NCBI GenBank assembly: GCA_965213685.1
Contig: CBDBZY010000051.1
Span: forward strand, 384,001 to 448,000
Source: a bacterium
GTDB lineage: Bacteria > UBA8248
Direction of reading: 5' to 3'
DNA: 64,000 nucleotides
Shown: in pieces, positions 1-45,813 of the stretch
How the letters are laid out: every line of letters begins with the position of its first letter
How positions within the stretch are numbered: the first letter of the stretch is position 1
Program-made: the position numbers and the translations under genes
The notes under the pieces: model-generated
What the model was told of the DNA's origin: nothing
Seen by the model: the letters and a program-made list of their open reading frames with translations, nothing else
Database searches by the model: none

Positions 1-10
1 GCAAACTTAC

Positions 11-711
11 CACATAAAAATTCAGATTTAATTTTTCTTGCTAATCCATAAATATCAGCGAACCCCCACAGGGGCCGATCTGTGGGAAGACCAGTCCAGC
101 CCAGGTAGCCTGGGTCTTTGCCATCTACATGGTACTTCAGCTCCCCCTCCTTATTCACGCAGCAGCTTATAGCCTGGCCCACCCTCAGGGACTCGAGGTT
201 AAAGTCCACTTTCCTCTCTTGCCCATTGTGGTGTACCGTGCTAGCTGACAGTATCCAGTAGTCGGGGCTGCGGTAGAGGTCTAGAGCTCCGCTCGGAATG
301 GGGATATCGTCTGGACTACATACTGTGAAGCCAAACCTCTGGGGGGGAAATGGTGGGAGGTAGGTTAGTGGTGGAGTAGATGGAGTGTACAGGTGGGAAA
401 TACGCGAGTGGCAATGGCAGGTATCTGCTAGTAAGTACGGCAGGTGGGCATTAATTCAAAAGCCCCACCCCTCCCACATTTGTAGCCGCGTTGCAGCTAC
501 AAGGAGTGTTTCTAGCACTCACAATAGATCCTGCCCACCCTCCTCCTTTGTCCAGGAGTTTTACTTGAAACATTGCACCTACAGGGATCGGCTGCTCGGA
601 GAAAACGACAGCCTTGTTGTAGCTATCGACTCTGTGCGCTACAGTGTCGTCCTCGGACAGTCTAATGTTCGCTCCGTGTTTGCGGTGGAAGGCTCCGGGC
701 CGCCCCGACAT
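11..711 (-). CDS. Neuralized homology repeat (NHR) domain protein, NEURL4-like; 3' part lies outside the window
   Basis: Exon 711-523 (MSGRPGAFHRKHGANIRLSEDDTVAHR...KAVVFSEQPI...WAGSI) splices GT-AG to exon 338-11 (RFGFTVCSPD...YWILS...LESLRVGQAISCCVNKEGELKYHVDG...PLWGFADIYG). Together they give a complete NHR domain. The next donor (GTAAG) is at position 10. Confidence 0.85.
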
Positions 712-933
712 TCTTTCCTCAATTGCCTTGCTTTCTTCTCGCTTGGCTCGGGCCCATCACCACTCTAGTTCGAAGCTCTGGAACACTTCCAATACACGCC
801 CACCACCACGATCAGCGCAATAAAAATTCATTCCCGCGCCGCATTGCACGCAATTATTAGTCCACAACAACACGTTATGCGAAGATACAGAGTACAACAC
901 AGTACACATTTATAATAATAATTAGGAACACTC

Positions 934-2019
934 CTACTCGGGGTCTGCAGAACTGCTGTCCTTGTCTTGCGGTTCAGGAGCCTGTGAAACTGAAGATTTT
1001 TCTCCTTCTTTGTCCCCTTCCTCCTCCTTGGCTCCGTCCCTGCCCACTTGGTCTTGGTGCTGGCCCTTCTCCTCCTCTGGCTGAGAGGAGAGAGAACAGA
1101 CATTTCAAACACATACAAACCCAAGCCCTCTCCCTCTCTCTCCTCTCCTTTACCTTATCCCCTTCATTCATCGTCAGTTTCTCCATGTCCTGGGTTAGTT
1201 TGTCTTCCTTGTTCCCCAGCATCGCCTGAACAGCCTCAAACTCTTCTTTAAACTTCTCAGCATCTGACAATACAGATACAAGCAGACACAGCTCACCTGC
1301 GGCCTCTCACATCTCTCCTGTCCAACTCACTCTCAACATTCTTGAACCGTATGGCCAGCTGCTCTGCCTTTGCTTCTTCATCCGCAAAGTCTGCCTGTAC
1401 AGACCACACCCATGCCCTGTCACTCCCAGCACTTGGAGTCAGCTTCATCTCCTGTATTACTGGGAGGAGAATCAAGAGAGAGGGAAGGATGGCAAGGGGG
1501 AGGAGGGGAGGAGAAGGGACGATCAATTAAACATTTCTCCCTCTCCCCTCCCCTACTCCTCCTCCTCACTGAAGTGGTTGGCACAGATCTTGTGCGTCTT
1601 ATCTCTCCTCATGATCAGCCGAACATTCTTGGAGCCTTTGTGCCTCATGAACTTCACATCCCCCACACCACGTTCCTTCCACTCTGGAGGGTCAGAGTGG
1701 AAGTCAAATCGAAAGAGCTTGGCACGCCTACGAGAGGACGGGGAAAGCAAGATTTGCAAGTTTTGCACGACATAGCTCGGTCTATTGCTTACATTTTGAA
1801 CAGCTCCTCTTCATGTTCTTCGTGCGTCTTCAGTTCCACGGGAGGCAGTTTCACGACTGGTTCAAAGTGGACCTCCGGGCTCTCTAACTCCTCCTGCAGA
1901 CGCAGCAATCAGGAACCGATAGCTACTTTGCAAATGTCAGGGTGAGGCCCTCCAGTGTTTTTCTAGCTGTTAAAATCTAGAAACGAACTCACCCTTTCGG
2001 CGGTGGTCGTAGTAGACAT
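934..2019 (-). CDS. RANBP1: Ran-specific GTPase-activating protein / Ran-binding protein 1 (multi-exon)
   Basis: RanBD motifs [67 protein letters not shown], then an NES-like MEKLTM and an acidic tail ending in TAG at 934-936. Confidence 0.95.
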
Positions 2020-2171
2020 GTTTTCACTAACTGCTTAGCAGGTCGCTCTAGCTATATAGCTCTGTCAACCGCTCGAATTTCGAGTGCACGTGTTGTTGCC
2101 ACGTGATCAACAGTACTGTTTTAACTCTTAACAAACGAACCAACCTTTGCCCTTTTGCACGCCAGACAGCC

Positions 2172-9292
<7,121 letters not shown>

Positions 9293-10075
9293 CTTCAGTT
9301 AGCAACAATCTCTACTTCATAATCTCGTATCATTGATCATCATCATTATTCCATCTGTCTTCATCTACTCCTGATTGTCATCACTGATCACTTTGCATAT
9401 TCCCTAAAGTTGAGAGAGATATACCTAGCATGGTTACAACACTCACAGCTTGCGCTCACTATACTGCAGCCTGTAAGACTAGTGGTATCACACTCCCAGA
9501 TGCTTCCACAGTCTATTTGACTTCACCTTGAAGTGGAGAAACTTTATAAATTTCAAAGGTGAAGTACTATGGTAAGTTATAAACCTCTCACCCAAGAGTT
9601 AGGTTTAACCACAAAGAACAGTGATATAATTGTAACAGCATGTGAAGAGCCTGCACTCCACATGTGCATGCCTGACTCAGAAAATACCATAGGCTATATA
9701 CTCAGATTTGATTAGTGCTGCATCTGGCTGCAAGGTGATTCTTAGGTGAAACTTAAGAATAGTGACGTAATGGCATGTGCAGAACTCGCAGTCCACACGT
9801 GCATGGCCATAGGCCACAAATATTTGATTTTATAACCCACCAGTTGTTACATCTGGCCGCAAGATGAAACCAAGTGCGTGCGTGACCATTTAGGTAGCGC
9901 TGGGTAATTCCCGAGACATGAAGTAATTACAGATCAGTTTTTACTCGCTAGCGCTGGAGAAGGGAAGCTACAAGCTCAAACTTGGTGCACAGAGAGCGCT
10001 ACTTGTCCTTTACCCTCAGCCCAACTCTTGAAGATAGGGCTGCTTTAGTGCTGGGGCTGTACCGCTTTGAGTCTC

Positions 10076-10378
10076 AATTCAGTCCGACGTAAATTTTGAA
10101 GCGCGAACAAGTAAACAAGTCCTGAGAAAAGAGCTCTAGGGCCGAACGTTTGCTGGCAAAAAGCAACTTTGGTACTTTGTGTGAGCAGGAAGCAAAATAA
10201 ATTTTAGAAATCACCCTGCCTCCCCACAACAGTGACGTAGCTAAATATTTGTCAATACAGTCAGAGTAGCTATAGCTTTGAAAGTTGTGACGCAGCTTGA
10301 GGGGAAATTGGGCTTTCTTCTAGATTTAGTAGTAAGTCCGTAGCTGCTTCCAAAGTAAGAAAACGTCCGGACTGAATT
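10076..10378. mobile_element. Possible MITE (imperfect ~15-bp terminal inverted repeat)
   Basis: AATTCAGTCCGACGT at 10076 and ACGTCCGGACTGAATT at 10363-10378 (one indel); no clear TSD. Confidence 0.35.
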
Positions 10379-10629
10379 ATCCCGCTCTCCCCCATGCCAG
10401 CACGCACCGGGCGGTAGCTAGCTGCGGCTGCACAGCTGATGTGTTGCTTTTAAAAGTACCATCACTGCCGTACCCCTCGGGGATAGGCTCAGAGATCATT
10501 ACATATCATGCTAAGGCCAGGGAGCGCGTGAAGCGCTTCTCTGTGCCCTAGCTCAGATAAGATCAAGTACAGAAATATTTGAAACACTGCGTTTATTTAG
10601 AACTGAAGAATGACGAAACTCAAAAGTTC

Positions 10630-11783
10630 TCATGAGGTCTTAAAGATCTTTTGCTTGGTACCGGTGTCAAACACGGGAGCACGTGCCACTCTGATCATCA
10701 CCAGTACAGGAATAATCGCATATGCTCCATAGGCTACAGTTATCACTGCAACATTTTCTGTCCTGTAGGGACCCTCCAGTTGCTCTCTGGCAATGGCTGT
10801 CATGCTCAGGAGTAGTCCCCAGGCCCACATCAAGGCTGTGGGAATGAGACTCCACTTCATGTTGGAACGTGTGCAGCACTGATAATAGTTAATTAACCTG
10901 GAATCCTGATCCACTCTTTCTTGAAAAGGAAAGCATAGATGGCAGCAAAGTAGAATGGAACATACAGGAATGGGCTGACCAGTGCCAGTGTCTCAAACCT
11001 GTACATGTATGAGGTGTAGAGAACTCATACCAAGGCTCATTTTGAAACTGAAACTACATGTACATGTATGCAACCATATATTTCAGTCTGTACAAGTTAT
11101 GCAATGGGTTATTGTCAGAGCTTTCATTTCAAAATAATGGCATATCAGGTCTGATATTTTTGTCACCACCGCCACCACTGCAGGTAGGAACAATACCTTA
11201 AGGAGTAATGCAGAACGCTGAGATATGCGCAAGCCAGAGGAAGGTTGACACGGTTAACCTTTACGCAATTAGGGGATGGTACATGCTCTCCATTATAACA
11301 TACAACTTTTACCGATATCTTGTAACTGTGGTCTCCTCACCTGCATGCATGGGTGAGGGCTGAAGGTGCACATCAGTGAGAACTAATGCCCACAACATTT
11401 CGTGCATTTGTCCTACAGCAGCAGACAGAACACAGCACGTTGCTATGGGATACAGTGTTCTACTTGTCTTACCACACAGGATTGTGCCCTAGCAGCTTGT
11501 CGTAGTCCCGGCACCACCACACGTAGGAATCCACAACCACACGTGGTGGCCAAGCCCCGTACTCCAGCTGCTCTGCTTCCAGGACAGCTCCATAGGTGGA
11601 CTGGACAAAGTCTGAGGTTGGAATAATCAATAGCTATCGTCCTTAGTACGGAAACGCGCAGTGGTGCACGGTTTTGGCGCTACAATGTGTTCACCGCTCA
11701 CCAATCGTCACTGCAAAAAAAGTGAAGGAGGCAAACACTGCGACGAAGAAGAGATCCACTGACCTCCGCAAACTGGTCGCCAT
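10630..11783 (-). CDS. EXPERA-domain (EBP/TMEM97/TM6SF-like) membrane protein
   Basis: Four spliced exons: MATSLRRSVDLFFVAVFASFTFFAVTID / FVQSTY...WPPRVVVDSYVWWCRDYDKLLGHNPVW / FETLALVSPFLYVPFYFAAIYAF..EWIRIP / ALMWAWGLL...YGAYAIIPVLV...KIFKTS. About four TM helices and a basic C-terminus. Confidence 0.8.
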
Positions 11784-11985
11784 GGCTGATGAGGGGGAGG
11801 GTCTCGTCCGACTGTCGTGTCACCCGCGTGATCGCGCGATTTTTTCGCGCGCGATGATTCGCACACCGCGCATTGTCGCGCATCGCGCGCGGATCTGGAG
11901 CTCCGGAGCGCTCGAGCGCAGATGCAGAGTTGACATAACGCACGTGCATACTATTGCGCGCATGTATCGTCCAGTGACGTCTGTA

Positions 11986-16188
<4,203 letters not shown>

Positions 16189-16363
16189 CATTAATTTTAA
16201 TTATAAACATGATGTTGTGATACTCCACATGATACCATAGCAGTATATACTGCTATTGGCCATGCATCACCACAAGTGGCACAATATTTACATGAAATTC
16301 TAAAATTAATGTATCAATGGGTAAAGCAAATTTGGAAGATGACAATAATTGATTGTCAATATT

Positions 16364-19980
<3,617 letters not shown>

Positions 19981-20154
19981 GTGGTTCTCGGCGTTGCGTT
20001 GCAAAATTCCACATTTTGTGTACATTCTTATAATTAGGGCAGGCAGTGTACAAGACCATGGTATTGTAGGTAAATGCAGTACATGTATATAGACACGGAT
20101 GGACACACACACAGTATATGACATATTAAACATTGAGGCATTCCAGCTGTTCGG

Positions 20155-23643
<3,489 letters not shown>

Positions 23644-23926
23644 GACTGCAGGAAGAGGCGTACCTGAAACACTGAGCGTGTAAAAAGGAGGCTGTGGATG
23701 TGCCACAGACGTACATGTACGTGTATCACTACGTTGAATGCTGTGCTCTGCTTTAACAGCTCACCCGTAGCTTCTCTCTCTGGTACTGTTTGAATGCCGT
23801 CGCTAAGCGGCGCGCGCATGAAAACAAGGTAGCATTTATTAGAATGGTGGTGGATATTGGTCGAGGTAGCATTAATTAGAAGTTTGCCGCACTTCTCCGT
23901 CCACGAAAAATCCGTCGCAGCCTGCA

Positions 23927-25659
23927 ATGGCCTCTAAAAACAACTTCTGCACAACGCTAAAGACGTACGGCCCGAAGCCGAAGTCGTTTCGCCTGGGAGA
24001 AGACGGGGAAGAGTACCTGCTCGGCTCTGAGGTGGGCAACTACCTGCGACTGTTTCGCGGTGATCTCTACAAGAAGTACCCCGGGCTATGGAAGAGAAAG
24101 ATGAGCGCCGACGAGCGGAGGATGGCCAGTGAGCAGATCGGCTACGGGCACAGCAACATCTCCTCCAACGTGCAGATAGTGCGGGCCTCCGAAGTGGAAG
24201 AGATTCTGAACGGGAACGACGATAAGTACCGCTCGTCCATCAGCTTTGAGCCTGTGGGGCACTCCAGCGCGGAGCGGAACCCCTCCCTCCAGTCCACTGG
24301 CTCCCTAAACTCGGTGGCTGGGGGAGCAAGCACCAGAAAAAAAGGGTCGTGGGTCTCGCAGATTCCCAGCAGTTCGTTCCACTTGGATGCTGTTCCATGC
24401 GCCTCTCCCGTTGGACGATTTAAGAACGGGGCTGCCGGAAAGAAAGTAAAGAGTTTCCCCACATGGTGAGGATTGCTCAGTCTCCCAACTGCTTCCCTCT
24501 CTCATCCACCAATTTCCTTCATTTCTCACCCTGCACCCCAAAATCCCTCCCTCCCCTCTCTCTCCCGACAGCTACGATGACAAGAACCCAGCCCTATTGC
24601 ACGATGCCTCCATTCTACCAGAGGTGCTGGTGCCAATTCGTCTTGACATTGACATCGACGGGCAGAAACTTCGAGACACCTTCACTTGGAATAAGAACGG
24701 TGGGCAGAGTGAGATAGGGTCACTGTGCACGCATGTGCTGCTGGACTCCAGAATGGCATAATTGGTGACAGGGTGCTATTTATAGAATTGTAGTTTGGTT
24801 CATAACTACCTGTTAATCTCAAGTTAGAACGAAGTGGTCCTCTTCTTGCTCAGAGGTGATGCTGACTCCCGAGCAGTATGCCGAGATCTTGTGCGATGAT
24901 CTGGAGCTCCCCACAACCTCCTTCGCTGGACCAATTGCACAGTCCATTCGGCAGCAGTGTGACCAGTTCTCCACTGACATGATCCCTGAAGACGAGGAGG
25001 ACAGGAGAGTTATAATTAAGGTAGGAGAGGGAGGGAAAGAGAGAGAGGATTCACAAGAACTATGTATCTTCTTGTAATTATTGTTTTTCTTTCTCAGCTT
25101 AACATTCATGTTGGTAATATTTCTCTGGTGGATCAGTTTGAGTGGGATATTTCAAATCCTCGAAACAGTCCTGAAGATTTTGCTCGGATTCTCTGTGCAG
25201 ATCTTGGCCTGGGAGGAGAGTTTGTTACCACCATCGCATACTCCATTCGAGGACAGCTGTCTTGGCATGCCAGGACCTATGCCTTCAGGTGTGTACATGT
25301 GAAAGCAGGTGTTACAGGCTGTTGTCTTGTTCCCTTCATGTCTCTCCTCCTCCTCCTCCTCCTCCTCCTCCTCCTCCCTCAGTGAGGCTCCTCTTCCACC
25401 TGTCAAGTTCCCTGTGAGGCAGCTGGCTGATGCAGAGGCCTGGGGGCCCTCCATCCAGGTCCTCACTGATGCAGAGATGGAAAAGAAAATGAGGGACCAA
25501 GACAGAAACACAAGGCAGGTTTTCTCTCTCAATCTCCCTGTTCCCTTCCTTCTTTCCTCCCGCCTTCCATCCCTCCCTCCATCTTTCTGGAAGTGAATTG
25601 ACTTTCTTTCTCCCTGCAGGCGAATGCGAAGATTGGCCCAGGCTGCACCTGGGTGGTGA
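23927..25659 (+). CDS. SMARCB1: SWI/SNF subunit SNF5/INI1
   Basis: [113 protein letters not shown]. Confidence 0.97.
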
Positions 25660-25770
25660 CTCAGTGTTGCATTAGTTGACTCTCTGTATTCATCTCTGTC
25701 ATCTGTGATCATTCATTATTCTCGCTGTCAGTGGCCAATGAAGGAGTTAAAGTAATACCGTAGAGAAGCG

Positions 25771-27631
25771 ATGTCAGAAGAGGTGCGGAGGAGGCGCGCG
25801 ACTGGGGGCGAGCCCGAGGCTAGAAGGGAGGGGAGGGAGGAGGGTGGTGTGAGAAATGTGGAAAAACGACGGAAATCTCGCAGGTAAATTCTGAGCGTGC
25901 AAGAGGAGGCGTTTCTTTTGCTGGTTCGAGGCTGTGCGAGCAAGGCCTCGGGTTTAACCATGTTGTGGCCGTTACTAAATCGTGTGTGTGTCTAATTGTG
26001 TCCTAGGCGGGCGTGGTGGGCGGGGGTTCTGCTCCTCCTGGTGGCTGCTGTGGTATGGGCCCTCCCACAACCAATAGACCCTGTCTCCTTCAGGTATTCA
26101 TGCACGCGTTCCACAGCACCCACGAATTGTGGAGAGACGCTGTTTGTACAGCAAATATTTCCCCCGACGCAGGCTGTGTAATGACAGCATGCGCGCCCTG
26201 GAAGGACCTCTAGCCATCAACACACACCTGAAACAAGCCCAGTATCTCTTCCCTGGTGACCTGCGTGGGCCAGAGGCATTTGTGAGGGATGAGCGAGGCA
26301 AGGAACTGGGGGAGAGAGAGTGGAATTCACTTGGTCATGTGTGGTTTCTGCTTCCCTGGTCTTGTAGGGTTTATCTACACAGGGCTGGGGGATGGGAGGG
26401 TGGTGAGGCTGGACTCTGACCTCCAGCATTACACTACAGTCATGAGGGTTGGCAAGCCGCCCTACGACCAGTGTGGTGAGTGATGGACAGTGATGGACGT
26501 GCAGTGATGACAAGCTTATGTGCATCCCACTGCCTCCTCCTTTTCCCATTTCTCCTCCCCTTCCCCTCCCCTGTGGCTCCTCACCACTGAAAGGCTCAGT
26601 GGAAGCCGAGAGTCACTGTGGGCGTGTACTTGGCCTACACTTTCACCATAGCAACCCAGATATTTTGTACGCTGCTGACTGCGCCTTTGGACTTCTGCAG
26701 CTGAATATCAACTCGGGAGAAGTAGAAGTACTAGTACCTCAGGGGCAGAGGGACGGGGAGAACCCTTTCATTAACTTTGGTAACGACTTGGTAGTACTCT
26801 CAAATGGGAGTATATTCTTCACAGATTCCAGTCGTAAGTTCTCAAGACTCGATAATGTCTTGGATGTTTTTGAGGGGAGACCAAACGGACAACTCCTCCA
26901 CTACAACCCTGTGGAGAAGAGATGCTACATTGTTGTGGCAGAGATGCACTTCCCCAATGGAATCTCCCTGAGTCAAGATGGAAAAGCCCTCCTCATCTCT
27001 GAAACTACGAGGGCTAGGATACAGAGGTACTGCCATGTCCGAATCTTATCCTCAAACATCCTTATCCCCTCCCCTCCCACAGATACCACCTCACTGGTCC
27101 TCTGGCTGGGTCAGTTGACACATTCATTGACAACCTCCCTGGATTGCCAGACAACATATCTCCCAGTTTCCATGGCAACTACTGGGTGGCCTTTGCTGCC
27201 ACCCGTAAGCTGCCCATCGTTGATATCATGAGTCAGATGCCACTGCTGAGGGGACTCCTTGTTAAGGTGAGCTGCACAAAAACATGATTGTGCATTTACC
27301 CATACCCATACCCGACTGCAACGACTGCAATGAGCCTCTTCCATTCTGAAAGTGGATAAAATATGACCTAACTATCATCAGATTCTAATCCCTGTCATCT
27401 CGCACCTTCACCTCTTCCTGCCCCTCCCAGCTTCACCTGGCCCGTACTATCGCACACACAGTTCCCAAACATGGTCTCATCATTGAGGTGGACCCCAGTG
27501 GCCAGATTATCCGCAGTCTCCATGACGATGGAGGAGAGGTAGTGCAGAGCGTCAGTCATGTGTTGGACCTTGGAGACAGACTGCTGCTCGGCTCCTATGA
27601 GGCACCCTACGCAGCCGTGGTCCACATCTAG
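25771..27631 (+). CDS. APMAP: Adipocyte plasma membrane-associated protein (strictosidine synthase-like, type II membrane)
   Basis: Basic N-tail, TM segment, PIDPVSF, GPEAF, YTGLGDG, CGRVLGL, FFTDSSRKF, FPNGISLS, LISETTRARI, DNLPGLPDNI, GNYWVA, SLHD, LLLGSY. Confidence 0.92.
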
Positions 27632-27847
27632 AGCCAGTTATAACTGGTACAGATACATGCAGACATGGATGCATGCACACATGGATGTATGGCATTGTGC
27701 ATAGATCAACATTATTCCCCACTCAGAATTTAGAACAGTGCTTTATATTATCAGGTCAGAGTTCATTTCTGCAAGAAATCCTAATATTGAAACAATACAA
27801 TGTGCTTGATTTGTTGCTATGGCATTGTCATGGCAATACTGCATGTG

Positions 27848-42554
<14,707 letters not shown>

Positions 42555-43179
42555 CGGCTCCACAACGCAGAGGCTACTACCGTTTGCACATTCGATCGAG
42601 GCAGAGGCGCGCGCCGCGATTTCGAGCTAGCGCCACGCCCACATCAACTATTAATTTTACAGACCATGTTTGCCGCAGTGACCAATCAGGTGGGATATAT
42701 AATAGTAAGAGCCCGGTAGCCATGGATTTATGGTCTAAGAACCATTCCTTGTCCTCGGGCGATATTACTTGTTGATCTATCTCATGCACTGACACCTCTC
42801 TATCATGCACACAGCAAAAAAGAAATGCTTATTTCAACCAGAGTATGATTATCTTGAAGTAATTTAGCTTGATTCTACCCACTACTTCCACACTCATGTT
42901 CCCAGTTGCATATCTGCTATACTCTATAGAATGTGTAAGGTGTCTAAAGCATGATTAGTAATCAGTCATGCACAATGCAATACTGCAGACATGGATTAGT
43001 GTTACTCATGCCTAGTGAACTAGTGAACCACCTCCTCCTCTACTGCCTGTATTGTTGGAGGATATTTGACACATTCTCCACATCCAACCAGCGCCAGATG
43101 TTGCGAGAATAAATACTTATGGGTTAAAATAACCATTAATTATTTACAGTGCATGCAGGGTGTTGGGTTATGACATACA

Positions 43180-44553
43180 TTACACTCTGAAATCATCCTC
43201 AAATGTGTAGCCACGGAAGAAGGGGAACTCCTTCATTCTCTCTTGGATTCTACGCAGTATCACTGGCTCCCACTTGATGAGGTCTCTGCTCCTGGAAACA
43301 TTCCTGTATGCCTTCTGGTAACACTCCTCAACATAATCCTGTGGGCACGGCACCTCAAAAGCATTGCATATCTCCAGCACACAACTCCTTGGATCCTTAA
43401 TGTAATCCTCAATGTGAATCTCAACCACAGTGACTTTCTTGCTCACAGCTTTCACAGCAAGTGCTTGTGAGAACAACCTTTCTGTGTTCGACAATAGCAC
43501 GGTAATGTCAGGCCTTACCTTTCTATGCATTAGGTCACTTGCTTTAGTTGTTTTCACCACAGAGAGCTGGTAGAGAATATTAGTGGCTATCATGTCGTAG
43601 GGATTCCGTACTACATGAACTGCAATGATTGACATGTTAAGACTGTCAACCATTTGATCTAAACACTTGTTTCCCTTTTTATATTGCATAACGTTAGTAG
43701 CACTACCACCAGATTTGTCCCCTATGACTCTCAGCTGGTGGAACTTGCCTTGCCACTGATTTCCAACATCCAGGTTGTAGCCCTTGCTTGTATTGCTATC
43801 ACTTCTCCAGCCACACTTGGAGGAAAGATAACTGTTCTTGTAGAGTTCGTTAAACAGCTGAGTTTTGTTCTCAAATATACTTGCCCCGACTTTGAGCTGT
43901 GATGCACAATCTGAGAAGAGAAAGTACTCGTGAGCTATCACAATGTCTGGGTGTGCATCCATCACACTGCCTATGATACTGTGGCCACTCCTCTGGTACC
44001 CAACAAAGAAGACAAACTTCTCCACACCCTCCACCACTGACTGTGAGAGAGGCTGGAAGCCAAGAGCAGTGGCATTAGTTTTTCCAGGATTACAAACTGA
44101 AAGTTTTGGCTTCATTTGAACCCTCTGCCGTCTGTCCTTCTTGTTCTGTAGGCCAATTGCGTGTAGGTCGAGTGGATGTGGAGGACGGATGGAACCATTC
44201 TGAAGTGGAATGAAGCTTGTCTGGTCTCTGGGCATTTGCCTTGGCTGTATGTACATGTCCCTCTCTATAGCTGTCTTATCTCTATGATACAGTGTGGGAT
44301 GTCTGGTTTTGTTAGTAGCTCTACCTTTGGAGTCCGAGAGTGCTCGTCTGGGTGGCTGACCAGGGGAGGGTTGCCGTGATGTCTGGGGGGTTGGCTGTGA
44401 TTCCGGACTCACTGCGTGAACACCGCCAGATGCCGCCATGTCAAGGTTTGTGCTTTCTCTCGGCGACCAGTATTTAGGGAGGAGGTAAACGAAGCCTGAG
44501 AGCGCAATGGCTGCCACTGGAATCGCGTACCATGCCCTGCGCCTTCCTGCCAT
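43180..44553 (-). CDS. Intronless type II membrane sulfotransferase-like protein, copy 1
   Basis: N-terminal TM, P/S/Q-rich stem, 5'-PSB-like FVGYQRSGHSIIGSVMDAHP, IGDKSG, and 3'-PB-like HVVRNPYDMIAT. Confidence 0.85.
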   Translation of the reverse strand: MAGRRRAWYAIPVAAIALSGFVYLLPKYWSPRESTNLDMAASGGVHAVSPESQPTPQTSRQPSPGQPPRRALSDSKGRATNKTRHPTLYHRDKTAIERDMYIQPRQMPRDQTSFIPLQNGSIRPPHPLDLHAIGLQNKKDRRQRVQMKPKLSVCNPGKTNATALGFQPLSQSVVEGVEKFVFFVGYQRSGHSIIGSVMDAHPDIVIAHEYFLFSDCASQLKVGASIFENKTQLFNELYKNSYLSSKCGWRSDSNTSKGYNLDVGNQWQGKFHQLRVIGDKSGGSATNVMQYKKGNKCLDQMVDSLNMSIIAVHVVRNPYDMIATNILYQLSVVKTTKASDLMHRKVRPDITVLLSNTERLFSQALAVKAVSKKVTVVEIHIEDYIKDPRSCVLEICNAFEVPCPQDYVEECYQKAYRNVSRSRDLIKWEPVILRRIQERMKEFPFFRGYTFEDDFRV

Positions 44554-44750
44554 TTCGCAGTCGGCCAACTGAGACCTCAACAGACCAATATATATACTTC
44601 AGACGGCCTATGCGGCAGCTATTAGCTGTTCCAATCAAAGACCACTACGCCTAGTCTCGTCTGGGAACGAGACTATATTACGCCTTACCCCCATACTATC
44701 CCATATTGCATTGTACCGCGTCCTTTGGCACTCCGCGCTTCGTGCATTAA

Positions 44751-45331
44751 CCCTTTAATGCCCGTAAGGCAAATTAGGTAACTTTAGCGCATGCGGTAAC
44801 ATTTTGAAGTGACCTTGGATGGTATTTTTATGGGACAAAGCAGATTGGTAGCTATAATGCATGTAGAAGAAATGTGTGTACGCTAGGAAACGTTTGATTG
44901 TACTGCAGACAGCTTAGAGAGCCTGGCGTACGAACCGTTCGGGATTTTGCGCATTACGCGTGTACATTGAGCGCTTAGTGCTTGAACAGCGCCTAATCAT
45001 GAATTGCTTTGTCCTAGAAGACTCTCGTTACTTCCACAGACATAGCGAGTATTTGTAAGCTTTCAGAACAAAAATCAACTTCCTTGCCCCCAGGCTAAAG
45101 CAGAAACGCTCAACAAAGTTCCAAAAAAGTGCTGACTCAGCACTTTACACCGACCAGTCTCCGCCCCCTTATTAGGGCTTTGGTGTGGGATACACTAGCG
45201 CTGCGCTATACACACCTCATTTAGTCCTTTCGTCACCACATACTACTAGATCACCGCAATCGGATATTTGTGGCCAGCAGTATAAACTGTTGAAAACCAT
45301 GCATAAATGCATTCTTATGGGCATTAAAGGG
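44751..45331. mobile_element. piggyBac-type non-autonomous element
   Basis: TTAA TSD at 44747-50 and 45332-35; TIR CCCTTTAATGCCC(G/A)TAAG matching at 17/18. Confidence 0.9.
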
Positions 45332-45813
45332 TTAAAGCCTTTCTGAGTACCTAGTGTCTCTCTACGTATCTAACGATACCTCCCAAGTATCCGAAATCAT
45401 AGATAATATACACGGGTATAATATCTTATCTCCTATCAATAATAAGCCGAAATGCATTGCTGAACTAACTTCCGAGTATAAACGTTACCAGAGTCTTAGT
45501 ACCTGCTCAAATTCTTGTCACAGTGAACAGAAGTATGGACCTTTTCATAAGGAAGGTGTATGGAACGCCAAATACGACAATGCGTTAGTGAGCTGGGCGC
45601 AATTATATGTTATGGCGCCGAACGCTCTTCGCTATCGCGCATGCGTGTGATTAGTAAAGTAGAAGAATTATAACAAAAAGACGCGCATGGGGGTATGGCG
45701 TAATACTTGAGTGAGGCTGAGTACCTTTACAGCTATGGAGCTTTGCCGCATAGGTCATCTGAAGTAGATGTTTGGTCTGTTGAGGTCTCAGTTGGCCGAC
45801 AGCAGGCTGTGAA

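Noticed and set aside
10121-10158. Another hammerhead-like motif (CTGAGAA...GCCGAACGTT)
   Set aside because: Both core boxes deviate and no convincing helix I forms.
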